DNA of 61,768 nucleotides, filler included, from Choristocarpus tenellus KU-1152 (lineage: Eukaryota; Protista; Phaeophyceae), in NCBI GenBank assembly GCA_964200185.2. It is 13 parts of 13 records of this genome, joined end to end, with 100 filler letters (N's around TTAATTAATTAA, not from the genome) between each part and the next. Parts side by side here need not be neighbours in the genome. Positions count along the whole stretch, not along the records: positions 33,842 to 38,662 come from CAXNAD020012937.1; positions 38,763 to 41,947 come from CAXNAD020021699.1; positions 42,048 to 44,736 come from CAXNAD020025635.1; positions 44,837 to 49,286 come from CAXNAD020014493.1; positions 49,387 to 53,142 come from CAXNAD020018122.1; 8 more parts are not named here. One strand, written 5' to 3'. Below are positions 37,167 through 50,112 of this stretch, one piece after another (position 1 is the stretch's first letter; each line of letters starts with the position of its first letter). The position numbers were made by a program, and so were the translations under genes. Below the pieces are notes generated by a model, which was given only the letters and a program-made list of their open reading frames with translations, was not told the DNA's origin and made no database searches.

Positions 37167-39199
37167 TGCTGTTTGTTCATTTCAGTAATGATTTTACCAT
37201 GTGAATCAGTGGTTTACTTCACAAGTAACTGTAACCAAAGTTTCTCAAGTAATTTTGTAACTGCCTGCATTGAGACGTCATCCATGTGACGTGTGTGAGC
37301 AAGCAACCCTGTGCTGCAACACACACCTTGCTTAGATGAGTTTAGTAGCCGATAGTACCTGCCTGGACACCAATTAGTTCAAAGACGTACAATATTTTGT
37401 GATCCAGGTAGATCTTCTGGTACGGATGCGTGTGAAGATTGTTGTGATTAGAAGGAAATGAACTGTTGATGTTATTGCTCTGTATCAAGCTGAAATAAGA
37501 TTTTGAGTGTATCCATGATTTACAGAGTTTGCTGTGTATTTAAACGGAGCTTTTGTCTCACTGACACTTACAGGGGTTTCATTGCAAAGGGTCTTTACCG
37601 CATCTTGACCACAATTAATCTGTGTTGCTATTGTGGCACAGTAAAGAGAGGGACCTGAGTAGCTAAAACAGATTCAGAACCTTATTTTTGATATGTGAAC
37701 TTAGCCAAAGGATCCTTGACAGAACTACTCCCCACACCAAGCAAGAATGGAGGAAAGCAGAGTCTAGGGTAGAGAGGAACTACACAAACTCTTGAGCGGA
37801 CAAGCACAAGAGCAAGTTCAAGAGACAAAGGGGGGGGTTGTTGCCAATTAAGATGATTGCATTCTCCAGCTGCAGGTAACCTTAGTGTGGTTGATGACCG
37901 ACATCTGCATCAATGAATAAATACATGAGTGAATGGAGATTCTGCTGGTTTCAATTGGGTGGGTGAACACATGGATACACCTTGTCACTGTACTGTACAG
38001 AGATATTTATATTTTTGTATGTACCATAACACGTAACATCTACAATGGCGTACTTTTATATTTGCCATATATAGGATATGGGGTATAAAGTTAGTTGTAT
38101 GTGCGCATCACTCCACAAGAAGACTACAACCAAGCGGGTAAGCTAGAGTCTCTAACAGGCACAGATCTACACCATCCTGTGACATTGCTACACACAACTG
38201 AGGTGTTCAAAGGAAGAAACTATGTTGGAAACAAGTGGTGCACATCACACTGCTGAAATGTACATGCAGTCAGAGTTCAACTGCCGCTTCATCTGACCAA
38301 AATTAACACAGTTTGCTTTGCTCAGTTGACATTACTACCAGTTGCCACAGCATGGAGACATTGGCTCGGCACTGCTCCTCTTAATAGTATATATCCAAGA
38401 TTGACCTATGAGCTATACTTAGAATTGAGTTGTATTCACTTCTATTAATATTATTGCTGTTTGTGCACTCCACTTAAGGTATTTTTCCAAGGCCTCAGCA
38501 ATATCTGTATGTACTTGAAACATTTTTTCCTCTTGTCACTTTGTTCTTCAGATATTTGGCTCTACGGCAATGTGTATTATTGTCCATACCCTTTGTTGGT
38601 ATGTACTCCCAACTCATCCTTATACATGGTAAAAAACGGACACTGGCACCCCCCCCCACCCCNNNNNNNNNNNNNNNNNNNNNNNNNNNNNNNNNNNNNN
38701 NNNNNNTTAATTAATTAANNNNNNNNNNNNNNNNNNNNNNNNNNNNNNNNNNNNNNNNNNNNCCCAAGATACTTTGACCCTGAAAGAGGAACCGCTAGCT
38801 TAGGTGAATACTCTCCAGGGGTGTACCAAAGTAACTATTTATCATCTAGGGAATATGAATCCACATCTATACTCCCTTTCTCTCACTCGAGCGACGAATT
38901 CCAGTGATCTTGGCCTTCGAAGACACCCCGTATGCTGCCCAAGAAGGGGTCTTTCTTCTGCCTCTCCACTAGCTCTGGCTCGTCTGTAAGAGTAGCCATT
39001 GCTCTCTTGAAAGTGGGGTGGTGTTGAACTATCTCACTCATTCGGACTGTTCAGTCACTACCCTTCTTGTCCTTTGGCCTTGGTGTACCTTTGCGCCTAT
39101 TCATGCACGCTGGCTTCTCTCCTCCTGCTGTTCCTTTTATTTCTACCCAATGTCTTTGAGGGTAAGGTTCTAAAGGTAACGTATTTGTGGTATTAAGCA

Positions 39200-41130
39200 A
39201 GGGAAATATTGCTGTGAGGTGGTTTTCGGGTCCACACTAGGCATCTTATCTGGGGGCCATCCAACCAGAGGTAGGGGTTATAGGCACTGGCAAACTTTGA
39301 TCATGGGGTCTACTGAGTGGTAGTCAACCTCCAACGCCTAAGTTGCGACTATCAGGATGCGTGTGGCAACTTTTCAGTGCTGACAGTATTCCTGATAATG
39401 TGGTACCAACTGTTCCCTGAAGTAACATATGTGCTACCCCCAGATTCGGTTCATCCTGTGAGGGAGAAGTACACTCTAGCTCTGAATCTACTAAAGCACA
39501 GAGAGAGCAAGGGGACATTGTGGGGTGACCTGGGTTTAGGTCTTATTTACCAAAATCCTGCAAACATACACATCTAAGACTGGTCCTTTCAGTCCAGCAT
39601 AGCTCTTGCAACAAGCTACTGACGGATCGTCAGGAAACGAATCGTCGATATCCAAATCTGATGTAGTTGGTGGGGAGAGTCGTGACAGTCCGTGTGGTAG
39701 TTGGTGCTTCGAACCTGCTCGCCGCTTCAGGGTCCATAAGGCGAAGGGTCCACCTGTGGAGCTTGGGGCTAAGTTCACCACTCTTAAAGAGCCAAGTCAG
39801 TGTTGAGCAGTCAGTGACGAGAGTGAATATCCTACCCCAAATGTAGGAAAGGAAGTGTTCTACAGCCCACAACATAGCCATGCATTCTCTTTGAGTGGAT
39901 GCTCTTCTACTGTCTGTTTTAGACCATCTATGGCTGGCATATGCTATGGCATGTTCTTGATCATCATCCTGCACCTGGGTCAGCGCTGCTCCAGCCCCTT
40001 CCTCGCCCGCATCTGTATGGAGGAGGAGCGGCTTATCCCAGTCAGGAAAGACTAGGATTGGTGGAGAACCCGACGCACCTTAAGTTCCTCAAATGCCTTC
40101 TGTTCTTCTGATCCCCAAGGGGTAAGTACTCTTTTTCCTGTCTCTTTTGGAAGCATACCCTTTATTCCGGAGAATGTCGGTCAGTGGTGCACTTAGTTGA
40201 CCATGGTTCGGAACAAACTGTCGCATGTATCCTGTCATGCCTAAGAAACTTCTTAGCTGCTCAACTGTGGATGGGAATCAAGTTTTGCTATTACTATCAT
40301 TTTGGATGGAGCAGGGCTCAAGCCATCTCTGCCTACCTTCATCCCCACAAATTCCTGTAAGGGCATGCGTCACAGGGAACTTGGGAAAATTAACAGACAA
40401 ACCGTATTGCTTGAGTCTGGTCAGGAGGAGGCGAATTCGAAGTTTGGTCATGTTCTCATCAAATGATGAAATATAGCAAAAAAAATCGTCTAGCCAGTTT
40501 TATACACCGTTTCCTTTAAGATCTCCCAAGGCCTCTCTCATGTAACTAGGGAAGACTGCAGGTAAGATTTTCAAGCCAAAGCTCACCTGTTATACTCCCA
40601 AAGTTGTCCATGAGCACTACGGAAGGCTGTCTTATGTTTGCCTACCTCTGCGAAGTCTCGTTGATAGAATCCTGACGCTAAATCTATGGCAGTAAAATAG
40701 CTAGAACGCTAAAGTTTGTCAAAAAAGCTGGCAATGTTCCCATACCTCCACTATCACTGCGTGAGAAATCATTGAGCATTCTATAGTCTGTGCACAACCT
40801 CAGGGTCCCATCTTTCTTACGTACTGCTACCACTGCTGCTGCCCACGCTGAGGTGGAGGGTCTGACAATACCACGCTCCTGTAACTGCTTAAACTCCGCC
40901 TAATCATATGCGTTTCTTTAGGAGAGAAATGGCTTGGTTTTGCTGCGTAGGGCTTACAGTTCTCGTCCATGAGTGGTATATGCAGCACTCCTCTAGAGCG
41001 TGGGGGAACTCGTTTAGGGTCTTCTGGGAATACCACTAAATCCCTAAATTCCTCACAACAATCCACCAACTGCTCCTTCTGTCCTGGTGTCAACTGTCCG
41101 ATATTGGTTTCACTAAGGCTCACCGATAGA
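39200..41130 (-). mobile_element. Ty3/gypsy pol remnant (RT-RNase H), degenerate
   Basis: Motifs [42 protein letters not shown] and AIAYASHRWS..TQRECMAMLWAVEHF..FTLVTDC..KLHRWTLRL. Many stops. The element may extend to ~41760. Confidence 0.9.
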
Positions 41131-41764
41131 TGCCGGACCCCATGGCTTCATCTGAAGGGGGGTCATCTTTCTTCTTCTACCGCACAGTCGCTAGTCTTGT
41201 CTGGCTCTAGAGAACGACTTGTCTGGGAACTAACTGTTGCAGGCAGGACCTGTGCTCTTGGAGGATCTTTGGAGGGTTTGGTCAGTGTTTGAAAGAGTGA
41301 AACCACCCTCTCTGTATCTTGAGTATTCAGAGCAATCGCCTTTGCAACTGGCAGCCTTGCTTGCACACTACTTGGTTTACTACACATGTTTACTGGCTTG
41401 CAATAGATGGAGGTTCCTGGAATCCACCATTGTACACCTCTGGCAACTCCAACAGCATTTTCCTAATTCCAAGTTATGCTCTGGTAAAGGCTCAATCACC
41501 ACCAACTGTCTGGACTGTGGTTGTGCCCCCTTAAAAAATCCTTTGCAAACTTTGCTAACAAACCCTCCTACTTGTGCTACTTCTGACAGACGCAATACCC
41601 ACTGCAGAGTCCCATTGTCCTCCCACACTACCTCTACTGGGAGGGGCACTAGACCTGGATTCTCCAGTGATGGGGTCAGAGGATCTTTGTTCAAGGTAAG
41701 ATCTATTGCCGCAGTACCTGCTTCTGGGTCCGCATCTGAGGTACCTGCTTTTGGGTCTACATAA

Positions 41765-41947
41765 GAGTGAAAGTATCTTAGAGGGTATGGGTTTGGCCTT
41801 TTTGTCCATTTGGGGCTTGGCTTCAAAATGTTTAGGAGTAGGGAAAGTATGTATGTTATTAAAAGGTGTGTCCAGAACATGGATATTGACACTTCCTAAC
41901 AAACACGACAGCCAAAAATACATCAAAATCGCAACATCGGATTTTGG
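41765..41947. mobile_element. MITE family 2 copy (truncated by gap)
   Basis: GAGTGAAAGTATCTTAGAGGGT start, interior collinear with 61430-61693. Confidence 0.85.
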
Positions 41948-42129
41948 NNNNNNNNNNNNNNNNNNNNNNNNNNNNNNNNNNNNNNNNNNNNTTAATTAAT
42001 TAANNNNNNNNNNNNNNNNNNNNNNNNNNNNNNNNNNNNNNNNNNNNGAAGACAGTAGTACAATATTTGATAGTGGTGACGTAACTGACTAGTGGTTTCC
42101 ACACTTACAATGTTTCATAGCATTCTTAT

Positions 42130-42345
42130 GTTTAGGATATTTTAGTTCTTTCGGGCTAATAACGACATGTATACATATATATAGTTTAAATTGGTTTCCC
42201 CCTTGACACATCTGCAAAATGTCAGAGGGCATAATAGTAAAAATATTTTTTTTCCTTAGGGCTAATAACGACATGCATTTATATAGTTTTCATTGGTTTC
42301 CCTCCTGACTCATCTGCAAAATGTCAGCTGGCATAATAATAAAAT
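42130..42345 (+). repeat. Tandem pair of LINE 3'-end fragments
   Basis: GGGCTAATAACGACATG...TTGGTTTCCC..TGAC.CATCTGCAAAATGTCAG..GGCATAATA occurs twice. A further copy lies at ~44420-44530. Confidence 0.8.
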
Positions 42346-42789
42346 CCCCTTCAACATTTTGTAGTACAGCGTTGGCAGTCGTCTCCTATATCAATATTAT
42401 CGTACAATAACTTTTGATCAATAACGATTTTTTTCATGAAAATTCGTTTGTTGTAATCGCGTCAGCATGCTTAACCTTATTTGATGGGTGTCGAGTGGAA
42501 AACTCCCAGTTATCGTCGGAGATACGGTACCATACTTAAATCAAGTAGTCCGTGCGCACCGTTCGCACGCGAACCGCGCATTTTAGGATGTTTTTGACAT
42601 CAGAAGAGGCTATCTTCACCCGGAGAACTTGGGCGTTGTTGTCTCTCCATTCTATTTCCATTATTTCCCGTTTATGCGATGTTGTCACCTGCGGGCTAAG
42701 GCTCACTCATGGGGTTCCAGGCCTCTGAAGCAGATAATCCTTGCCAAGTCAAACGAGGTATTATGAAGGTGCAGGCCTCCTGTGAGACT

Positions 42790-43090
42790 TAAATGTCTTC
42801 TAAACCCTGTCCAATTTGGTGCACTCCATGCCTTTTTCGTTGGAATATATCAGGTGGTAAGCAATACTCACCCTGAAGAACCTCTCCACGATTACTCTGG
42901 ACAGCCCCCCTTCCTTCTTAAGACTAACAGGAATGTTGGCTCTCATTCCAAGCAACGTGTAGTCACAATGGTCTCGTATATAGTGCTTCGTCCGCCCCCA
43001 GACCATCTCTGTCGGGTTCATTTCACAGTGATACTTTGGAGACATACAGCAGTGTCCTCCAAGACGCTCATCAACCAGAATCGTGTCCTG
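42790..43090 (-). mobile_element. Tc1/IS630-like (DDE) transposase C-terminal remnant
   Basis: SPKYHCEMNPTEMVWGRTKHYIRDHCDYT matches the PKFHCELNPIExxW motif around the catalytic Glu. Confidence 0.8.
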
Positions 43091-43156
43091 TGAGTGCCTT
43101 AAAAAGTATTAAGCCGAGGTTAGTCCACGTACCGTTTTGGCGGGTACCAATCATAA

Positions 43157-43448
43157 TTTTTTTGAAAAGGTTGGTCAACGAGTTAATCAACGACGATCAT
43201 ATCAAATAAACGCTCTAGCTCTAGGCTATCGATTTGCGTTAAGAAATGCTTTCGCAAAAATATATTTGGTCGCGATAATTCATTCCGGAACGTGTTCAAG
43301 GTTGTGCTGAAAACATTCGGTTAAAATTTAACCTTATCAAAATAATTTTACTAAAGAATTCCTTTCCAGAAATCGATAGGTTAGATCAAGAGCTTTCATT
43401 CGATATGCTGATCGTCGTTAAACTCGTTGGTCAACCTTTTAAAAAAAG
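43157..43448. mobile_element. Palindromic MITE-like element with ~75-bp imperfect inverted repeats
   Basis: TTTTTGAAAAGGTTGGTCAACGAGTT..AACGACGATCATATC..CTATCGATT versus AATCGATAG..GATATG..GATCGTCGTTAAACTCGTTGGTCAACCTTTTAAAAAA. Confidence 0.7.
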
Positions 43449-43551
43449 TCAAGACTGGTCTCATACTAGAGGTAATTGCCAACACTATAGTGTATCATTT
43501 CCAAAAGACAAATTACCTCCTTACATCTATTTCCTTCTATTACATGAACCT

Positions 43552-43783
43552 TGTGAATTGTGTGATTCTGTGGCAGCGTGGTTCACTCAGGCAAGGGTGG
43601 TGAAGAGAATCACCGAGCAAGACAGACCACACGAACTTGGACGAACTGTGACCGAGGGTACGAGGTTAAGGTTGGACAAGGGCAAACTTAGGAGTGATGA
43701 GCACCATCAAAGGTGAGGCTTCATAACCGCCAACAGTCACGACACGAGAACAAAGTGGATCTTCCATGTGTGATATTCGAACA
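43552..43783 (+). repeat. LTR-like dispersed repeat, copy 2
   Basis: Aligns with the reverse complement of 1-212. The right boundary is uncertain. Confidence 0.65.
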
Positions 43784-44663
43784 TAAAGTCTGTCCGTGAA
43801 ATCATGGATTCTTGACTGGGAACCTTAATCGGTACCACGGTATAACGGTATATGGCATACGGCAATAACGGTATAACAACAGACAAACATGCTTTCCACA
43901 ACTTAAAGCGTTGCTTTCTTTCCCTATTATCTGGAAATCGTGTTTTATAGAATGGTTGATTTGGAAGGGGTAAGTGCCTGCATATGATGTGAGGCTGAGA
44001 CACATCGCAGGGGGGGGAGGGGTAAGAGGAGTGCCAGGAATGGGATTCGGTGAAGGTCATTTCAGAGGGGGAAGAGGGGGCGTTGGCATGGTCATGCCTA
44101 TGGGGATAGGGATGCTTATGGGAATGACTTGAGATCTGAGACATGAGACGTTAAACTTGATACTCCACACCCCACACACCAAACTTCAAACCTGTTATAC
44201 AACAAGAGAATAATAAAAAAATATTGACAATAAGATCAACTGATCAGTGGTTTCCACACAATGTTTTATAGTGTGTCTGGTTTTAGAAGGTAATAGATTG
44301 TTTTTTTCCCAGTTTTCAAGTATTTTACAAAAATTATCTACNNNNNNNNNNCATGTTGGGTTATGTTATTTTTTACAAAAGAATATCATAACTCAACACT
44401 ATTTTTTTTCAAACCCTGGTGTTCTTATGTTTAGGATATTTTATTTCCTTAGGGCTAACAACGACATATATATAGTTTAGATTGGTTTCCCCCCTGACAC
44501 ATCTGCAAAATGTCAGAGGGCATAATAACAAAAATAAGATCAACTGGGTTGTTTTGTGTTGGTGTGTCTAATCTAAACAACTTTCTTCAAGGGTTGACGT
44601 ATGATACCCAATTTGATTTATGATGTAAAATATATGTAAACTATCCATATATATATACTTACC

Positions 44664-44736
44664 TGTGAATCGTGTGATTCTGTGGCGGTGTGGTTCACTC
44701 AGGCAAGGGTGGCGAAGAGAATCACCGGGCAAGACG
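44664..44736 (+). repeat. LTR-like dispersed repeat, copy 3 (truncated by gap)
   Basis: TGTGAATCGTGTGATTCTGTGGCGG..., the same start as copies 1 and 2. Confidence 0.7.
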
Positions 44737-47700
44737 NNNNNNNNNNNNNNNNNNNNNNNNNNNNNNNNNNNNNNNNNNNNTTAATTAATTAANNNNNNNN
44801 NNNNNNNNNNNNNNNNNNNNNNNNNNNNNNNNNNNNCCCCCTCCCGGATACATTGGGTCAAAAAGTGTACACCACGAACCACCTTTTCTCCTTAGGCCAC
44901 TTTACATGTGCGTTAGGGTTTTTTTAAATACCATGAGCGCACTTTAGGGGTCTCACATGTTTCCAACTTTCAGAAAACCTAAGAAGTCTTTCCAACTGGT
45001 ACCCACTATTTAAATAAACCCTAAATCCGCTTTTTGGCGCCTTTAGGGTTTAAATAAACATTAGATAACATAAAAAATCGGATCTATTTTATTCCTCGTT
45101 ACTGGTATACACTTTTACTGTTGAACACTCAGAACACATGCGTTAGAGTTTTTCCAAAAGTAGAATGATATATTAATCTTTACACCAACAAATAGTGCTC
45201 CCCACTTGCTAGTCCAATTCACGAGGCATTTATCTGAAAAGTAGACTTTTTTCAATAGCACACCAACACGGGAAAGCTGTACTACTTACTGCAGTACAAC
45301 TACCACCACGACTACCACTACGTACTTTATTATGGACCATATTTTTCAGGGCAGTGAAGAAAATGCCCTATTCAATCTCTGAAAATAACATGGTATGTAC
45401 AAATGAAGAGAAATATTTTTTCTATAACACATTCCAAGGTAAAATATTTCTGTTGTCATTTTCCAGAACTAACTGTAGAGCCCTCTCTAGAACTAGAGCT
45501 TTAGAAAACTCCATCATTAGACTCAAGTGTTCCAGTGTTGTGTCAATATTGCAATTAGAAATATCGATAGCGATGAGATTAAATATAATATTGAGTAGTA
45601 ATTGCCCAACCAGGAGTGTGATCTTCGCGTTCTTTGTTCCACTAGAAGAGGCCACTGCTGTTGTTTGGGTGTTGTTGCATTTGATCCCAACAACCCCCTC
45701 TACAAGGGAAAGTCTCTTGCTGCCAGTTGGGTGTAGCTCTTGTTCGATCTGATTTAGTAGTACCTTAGGGAACCAAACCTATCTTCGGGAAGCAAGGATA
45801 TTATGTTTGTAAATTCTATGATAACATTGGTTTAATGTTGGGGTTGGGGTTGGGGTTGGGGTTGGGGTTGGTGTTGAAACCTAGTAACCCTAGCCCCAAG
45901 TTCAAAAATTATTCTAAAACATCCCCTACTACTACCCAAAACAAAAACATCTACATTTTTTTGCATTCAAAAATCTTGTTTTGGGGGTGTTGCTGGGGGA
46001 GATGTAAATAACGTGGAACAATCGAGAATAATGAAAAAAAGTTGAAGGTGGGAAATCTGAAGTCACAACATTTTTTCTTAAAATTTCCTCAAAAGGAATG
46101 ATTTCAGACTTAAATTATTTTTTATATTAATACCTTCTATTTTCATGACCATTACGCCACAGGAACATTACAAGTATCCCAGAAGAGAGAATGGAAAGCA
46201 TTTTTTTTTTCATTGTCGAGGTGTGGGGTAGAAAATAAATATATTGAAGTGGCGAGCAAAAAGTTGTTAAAAAATGGAAGGATTATAGGGATTCTTCCTC
46301 CTTCTCTTTGGAAGTTTTCTGTTGCAAGACCGTCAACCAAAAAGGTTGTGATATTAGGTAGAGGCAGCACACCAAGTATGAATTAGGCCTTGATACCAGG
46401 AATGGAGCTGTGGAAATTCCTCCAATGTGTGATGTGAACCAAGCAGTGAAAAGGATTTGAAAGCTGGGATCAAGGCTAGGATGGCAGTAAGTGGGGAGGG
46501 GAGGGGGGATGGCAGACAGGGCTACAGCTTCAATAATACATGAACCACTGTCCCAATTCTATATAGTTCTGGATCACTGCCAAATCACTAAACAGCAAGT
46601 GAAAAGCTTGGTGCATAATATGTATCTTGGGGGTTAAGGGGAGACAAAATAATTATAGTGATCGAGAATGTTGGCAGGTTTGGTCCCTTTTATATCCTAA
46701 GTCATTTATCTTACCCTATGCATTACACCCTACTTCATCGCTTTATGTCCACAATAGTGTACACAAAAATTCTCACTAATCTTTGTACGCAGTAAGTCAC
46801 ACTACAATTCAGAAATCGTTCTTTCTTTCTGCACTTCAAACAAAATTGCGCATTTTTCCATTTGTCGGGATCATGTTAATGCAACCTTGCCTATATTTCA
46901 AACGTCTTCGCTGAAAAGTTGAAAATAATTGAATCGCCGAAACAAGGTTCAGGTTCTTGTCAATATTTCCTTCTACTCAGCAATACGATTTGTTGTCATA
47001 TTCTTGTCAAAAAGAATGACGAAAGTCTACAATATGGATGACTTGGCAAGCCGACTTATGCGACAGTGATGGTATAACCTACAACCTTTGTCCCTCCTAA
47101 CAACACTTTAGTAAAATGTGGGAACCAATGTCACAATATCCCCATGCGGACTGTCCAATAATGGTGAACAAGGTGGAACCGAAAGGCAATAAGTTGATAG
47201 TTGGACGACATAGATAGGCTCTGACAAATGGGATTTAACACCGCGGTGGACACAGGGGTTGAGCCATCTGCAACATCTAGCACAAAGTTCGAAATATTTG
47301 AGTTTGGGATGATGATTGACGGCTATCGAGTGTAGGGTTGATGTCAGGCTATTTCTTCATTGGGGTTGAAGTTATCTGGAGCGATATTGGAAGGTTAGAC
47401 GGTTGCTGATCTGCTATCAGCATCTACACATCGAGTCCAAGACGTGTTCACTCTTGGGGTTGATTATTTCTTCATAGTAGCATAGTGTGTTGTTTGCCTG
47501 ATGACACTGTTTTTTGTTTCTTTCATTCAACACTAGTCGTGTGAAGTGGAGAGGTGTGTGGTATTCCTGATCGTTGGCCGCAGCAGTAGTTTCCAACAGA
47601 TCAATTAAGGAGTGTTGGACCCCTTTTTTCCATGCTCATACGTACTTTTACATTAATCAATTTATGTCGCAAGCAGACATGAATTTTGGACGTTTTGTAT

Positions 47701-49656
47701 TATAGTTTTTCTCTTTTGTTCAGATCAGAGGTGGGTAATTATTCGTGCCTGTAGATTGTCCCCTGTTGTAGAGTATGATTAGGAGCATGTGCGTTTCTTG
47801 TCGTGATATATGGAGTTTATTCTTTCATTTGATTCCAGACCCTCAACATTCCCAACCCTGTACCCATTGTCCGTCCCTCCTCCTTTGTGCCCACGCGTGA
47901 GTTTACGAGTAAATGATCTGCTGAGGTGTGCTTTCCCCCTTTATTTAATGGCAAGACCCTTGATCAGTCCAACCTCACGAGTTGAAAGGAACACTACTGG
48001 AGGCAGTGTTGCAATTTCTCCGTGAAAAAGGAGTGTATGGGATCGAGGTGTGCCTGAATGTGTGTCTGAGCGTTTGTAACTTCCTTCTTGCTTTGCAGTG
48101 TTTTCAAGTCAATGTCTCTGACTTTTGGGTGTTATGGGACTGTTGTGATGGACTACCACATGGAAACGGTTTTGGGGCCCATAGAAACGGAGAGGGGGGG
48201 TTAGGCATCCATTCTGGGCCTCTTTGACGCCATGGTGCTTTTCATGTCATCTGAATGGATGTGTTGAGTGTAAGGGCAATTTCCTTCCCTTGTCCATATC
48301 TCTGCCTGGACCACGTTCAAAGAAAAATTAGCCGCAAAACGGGCATCAAGCTGGGGAGTTTTTCAACACTCCATAAAGACCTGGATGGACGGCCTGGACA
48401 ACCCTCCCCACCTCCAAGGTTCTATGCCTTTGAAGAGAAAGCAATATTACACAAGGTAGGTGGACTTGGTCCCAAAGGGGGTTGAAGTCAATCACTTTGG
48501 GGTTGCAGCGTTTTGTTTACCAGATTGCTTAGATGTCTTGTGGGAGAGGATGAGGGTACTCAGTTCCGAACGTTACGTATTTGAGGATGGGCGTCATGTG
48601 TACTGTTGTAAGATTAGCGCTTGAAATCCCATCTGAATTCTTAGCGTTGTGAGCAATATATAATGCATTGCTTCAAAAGTGCATTCCAACCCTCGCTTTT
48701 TGTATCACTCCGACGATCTTGTTGTGTGGTCTCTGTTATCGACCCCATCAAAATATCTGAAACTCTCATATCCCTTGTCTACATCATACTCTTTGTAACA
48801 ATCTCCCTCTCCTCCACCATTGAAGGCTTCAGGGCAACCAGGGTTAGGAATCTCGGTAGAAAAAGGGTGTTTTCTTCAACTTTACCTATTTCCACAGCAC
48901 GCAAACAACTGCAACCACAGGGCACCACAGGGTACTCTGTGTCAAATGAACGATGTAAGTTGACTCTGAGGTATGCAACCTTTATCATTACACCTCTGCA
49001 TCTACATATGGTATTCGTTCATTTCATCAGTAAGCACCTTATCATTTTTCCAATTACCCAACCAACTTCGGTTGCCTTCCTCTAGTGATTGCATTTTTGT
49101 TCTACCCTCTCCCAGTGACACCCAACCACCCAGTCTCTTCCATCACAATTTTTCCTTGACTGTTTCTCGTGGGATGGAAATTACTTTTTTGTACATGACG
49201 AACCAAACTTAAACTATCCTATCTATCCCAATACATGTATTTGGGTCAAAGTATCTGGGAGGGGGTAGCTGCTGTCCATTTGGGGCNNNNNNNNNNNNNN
49301 NNNNNNNNNNNNNNNNNNNNNNNNNNNNNNTTAATTAATTAANNNNNNNNNNNNNNNNNNNNNNNNNNNNNNNNNNNNNNNNNNNNGTCGACACCCCCCC
49401 CCCCAGATACTTTGACCCTAAAACTCTCTATTTGCATTGATGAGGCATTCGCTAGTAGATTTGTGGGGGGTTCTAATGTGGACATACCCGCTGTGTTCAT
49501 GGTGCAGAGATGCAATGATGTGAAATGCATTTGTCTATTTTGTACATTGGTAACGTGCAGTCAACATTACAACGTGATTGGACTCTGTATTGGCAACGTC
49601 CGCACAGGAGATTCAAAGTCTTTAGCTAACAACACCCTAATCTCCTTTCTTGGCAG

Positions 49657-50112
49657 ATGTGTTCCTCTATCTGCTCTGACATGGGAGCAAGTTACTTCGC
49701 GACCCAGAATGCCGAGGAGTGAGTGAAAAGGGGTGTACACCCTTTGAAATGCATTACTGCCATATCTACTGCTTACAGTACATACATAAACTATGCATTT
49801 CGTACTCCAGAGAATATTGGAAAACCCTTGTGCTTGATTACTTCCAGTTTCAATTACTACCGTGTAGTACTGTCACTGCACCTTTGCTGTCATCATCTCG
49901 TGGCATTAACCTAAGTCCACTTGGCAGTTTGCTTGTTTGAACTGATAAGCACCATCAACCCAACTTCCACCTACGATTGCAGATGTTTCTGTGGAGGACC
50001 TGATACAAGTCTCACTGGAACTTCAGATGCTTGCACCAAAGCATGTTTGGGTGATGCTTCACAATTATGTGGTGGCTGGCATGCCATGAGCATCTATGCC
50101 TTCTCAACATGA
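49657..50112 (+). CDS. WSC-domain protein, last two exons (5' end lost at gap)
   Basis: Exons 49657-49718 (MCSSICSDMGASYFATQNAE) and 49983-50112 (ECFCGGPD..SDACTKACLGDASQLCGGWHAMSIY..*), joined in phase 2 by a GT-AG intron. Cysteine spacing is that of a WSC domain. Confidence 0.88.
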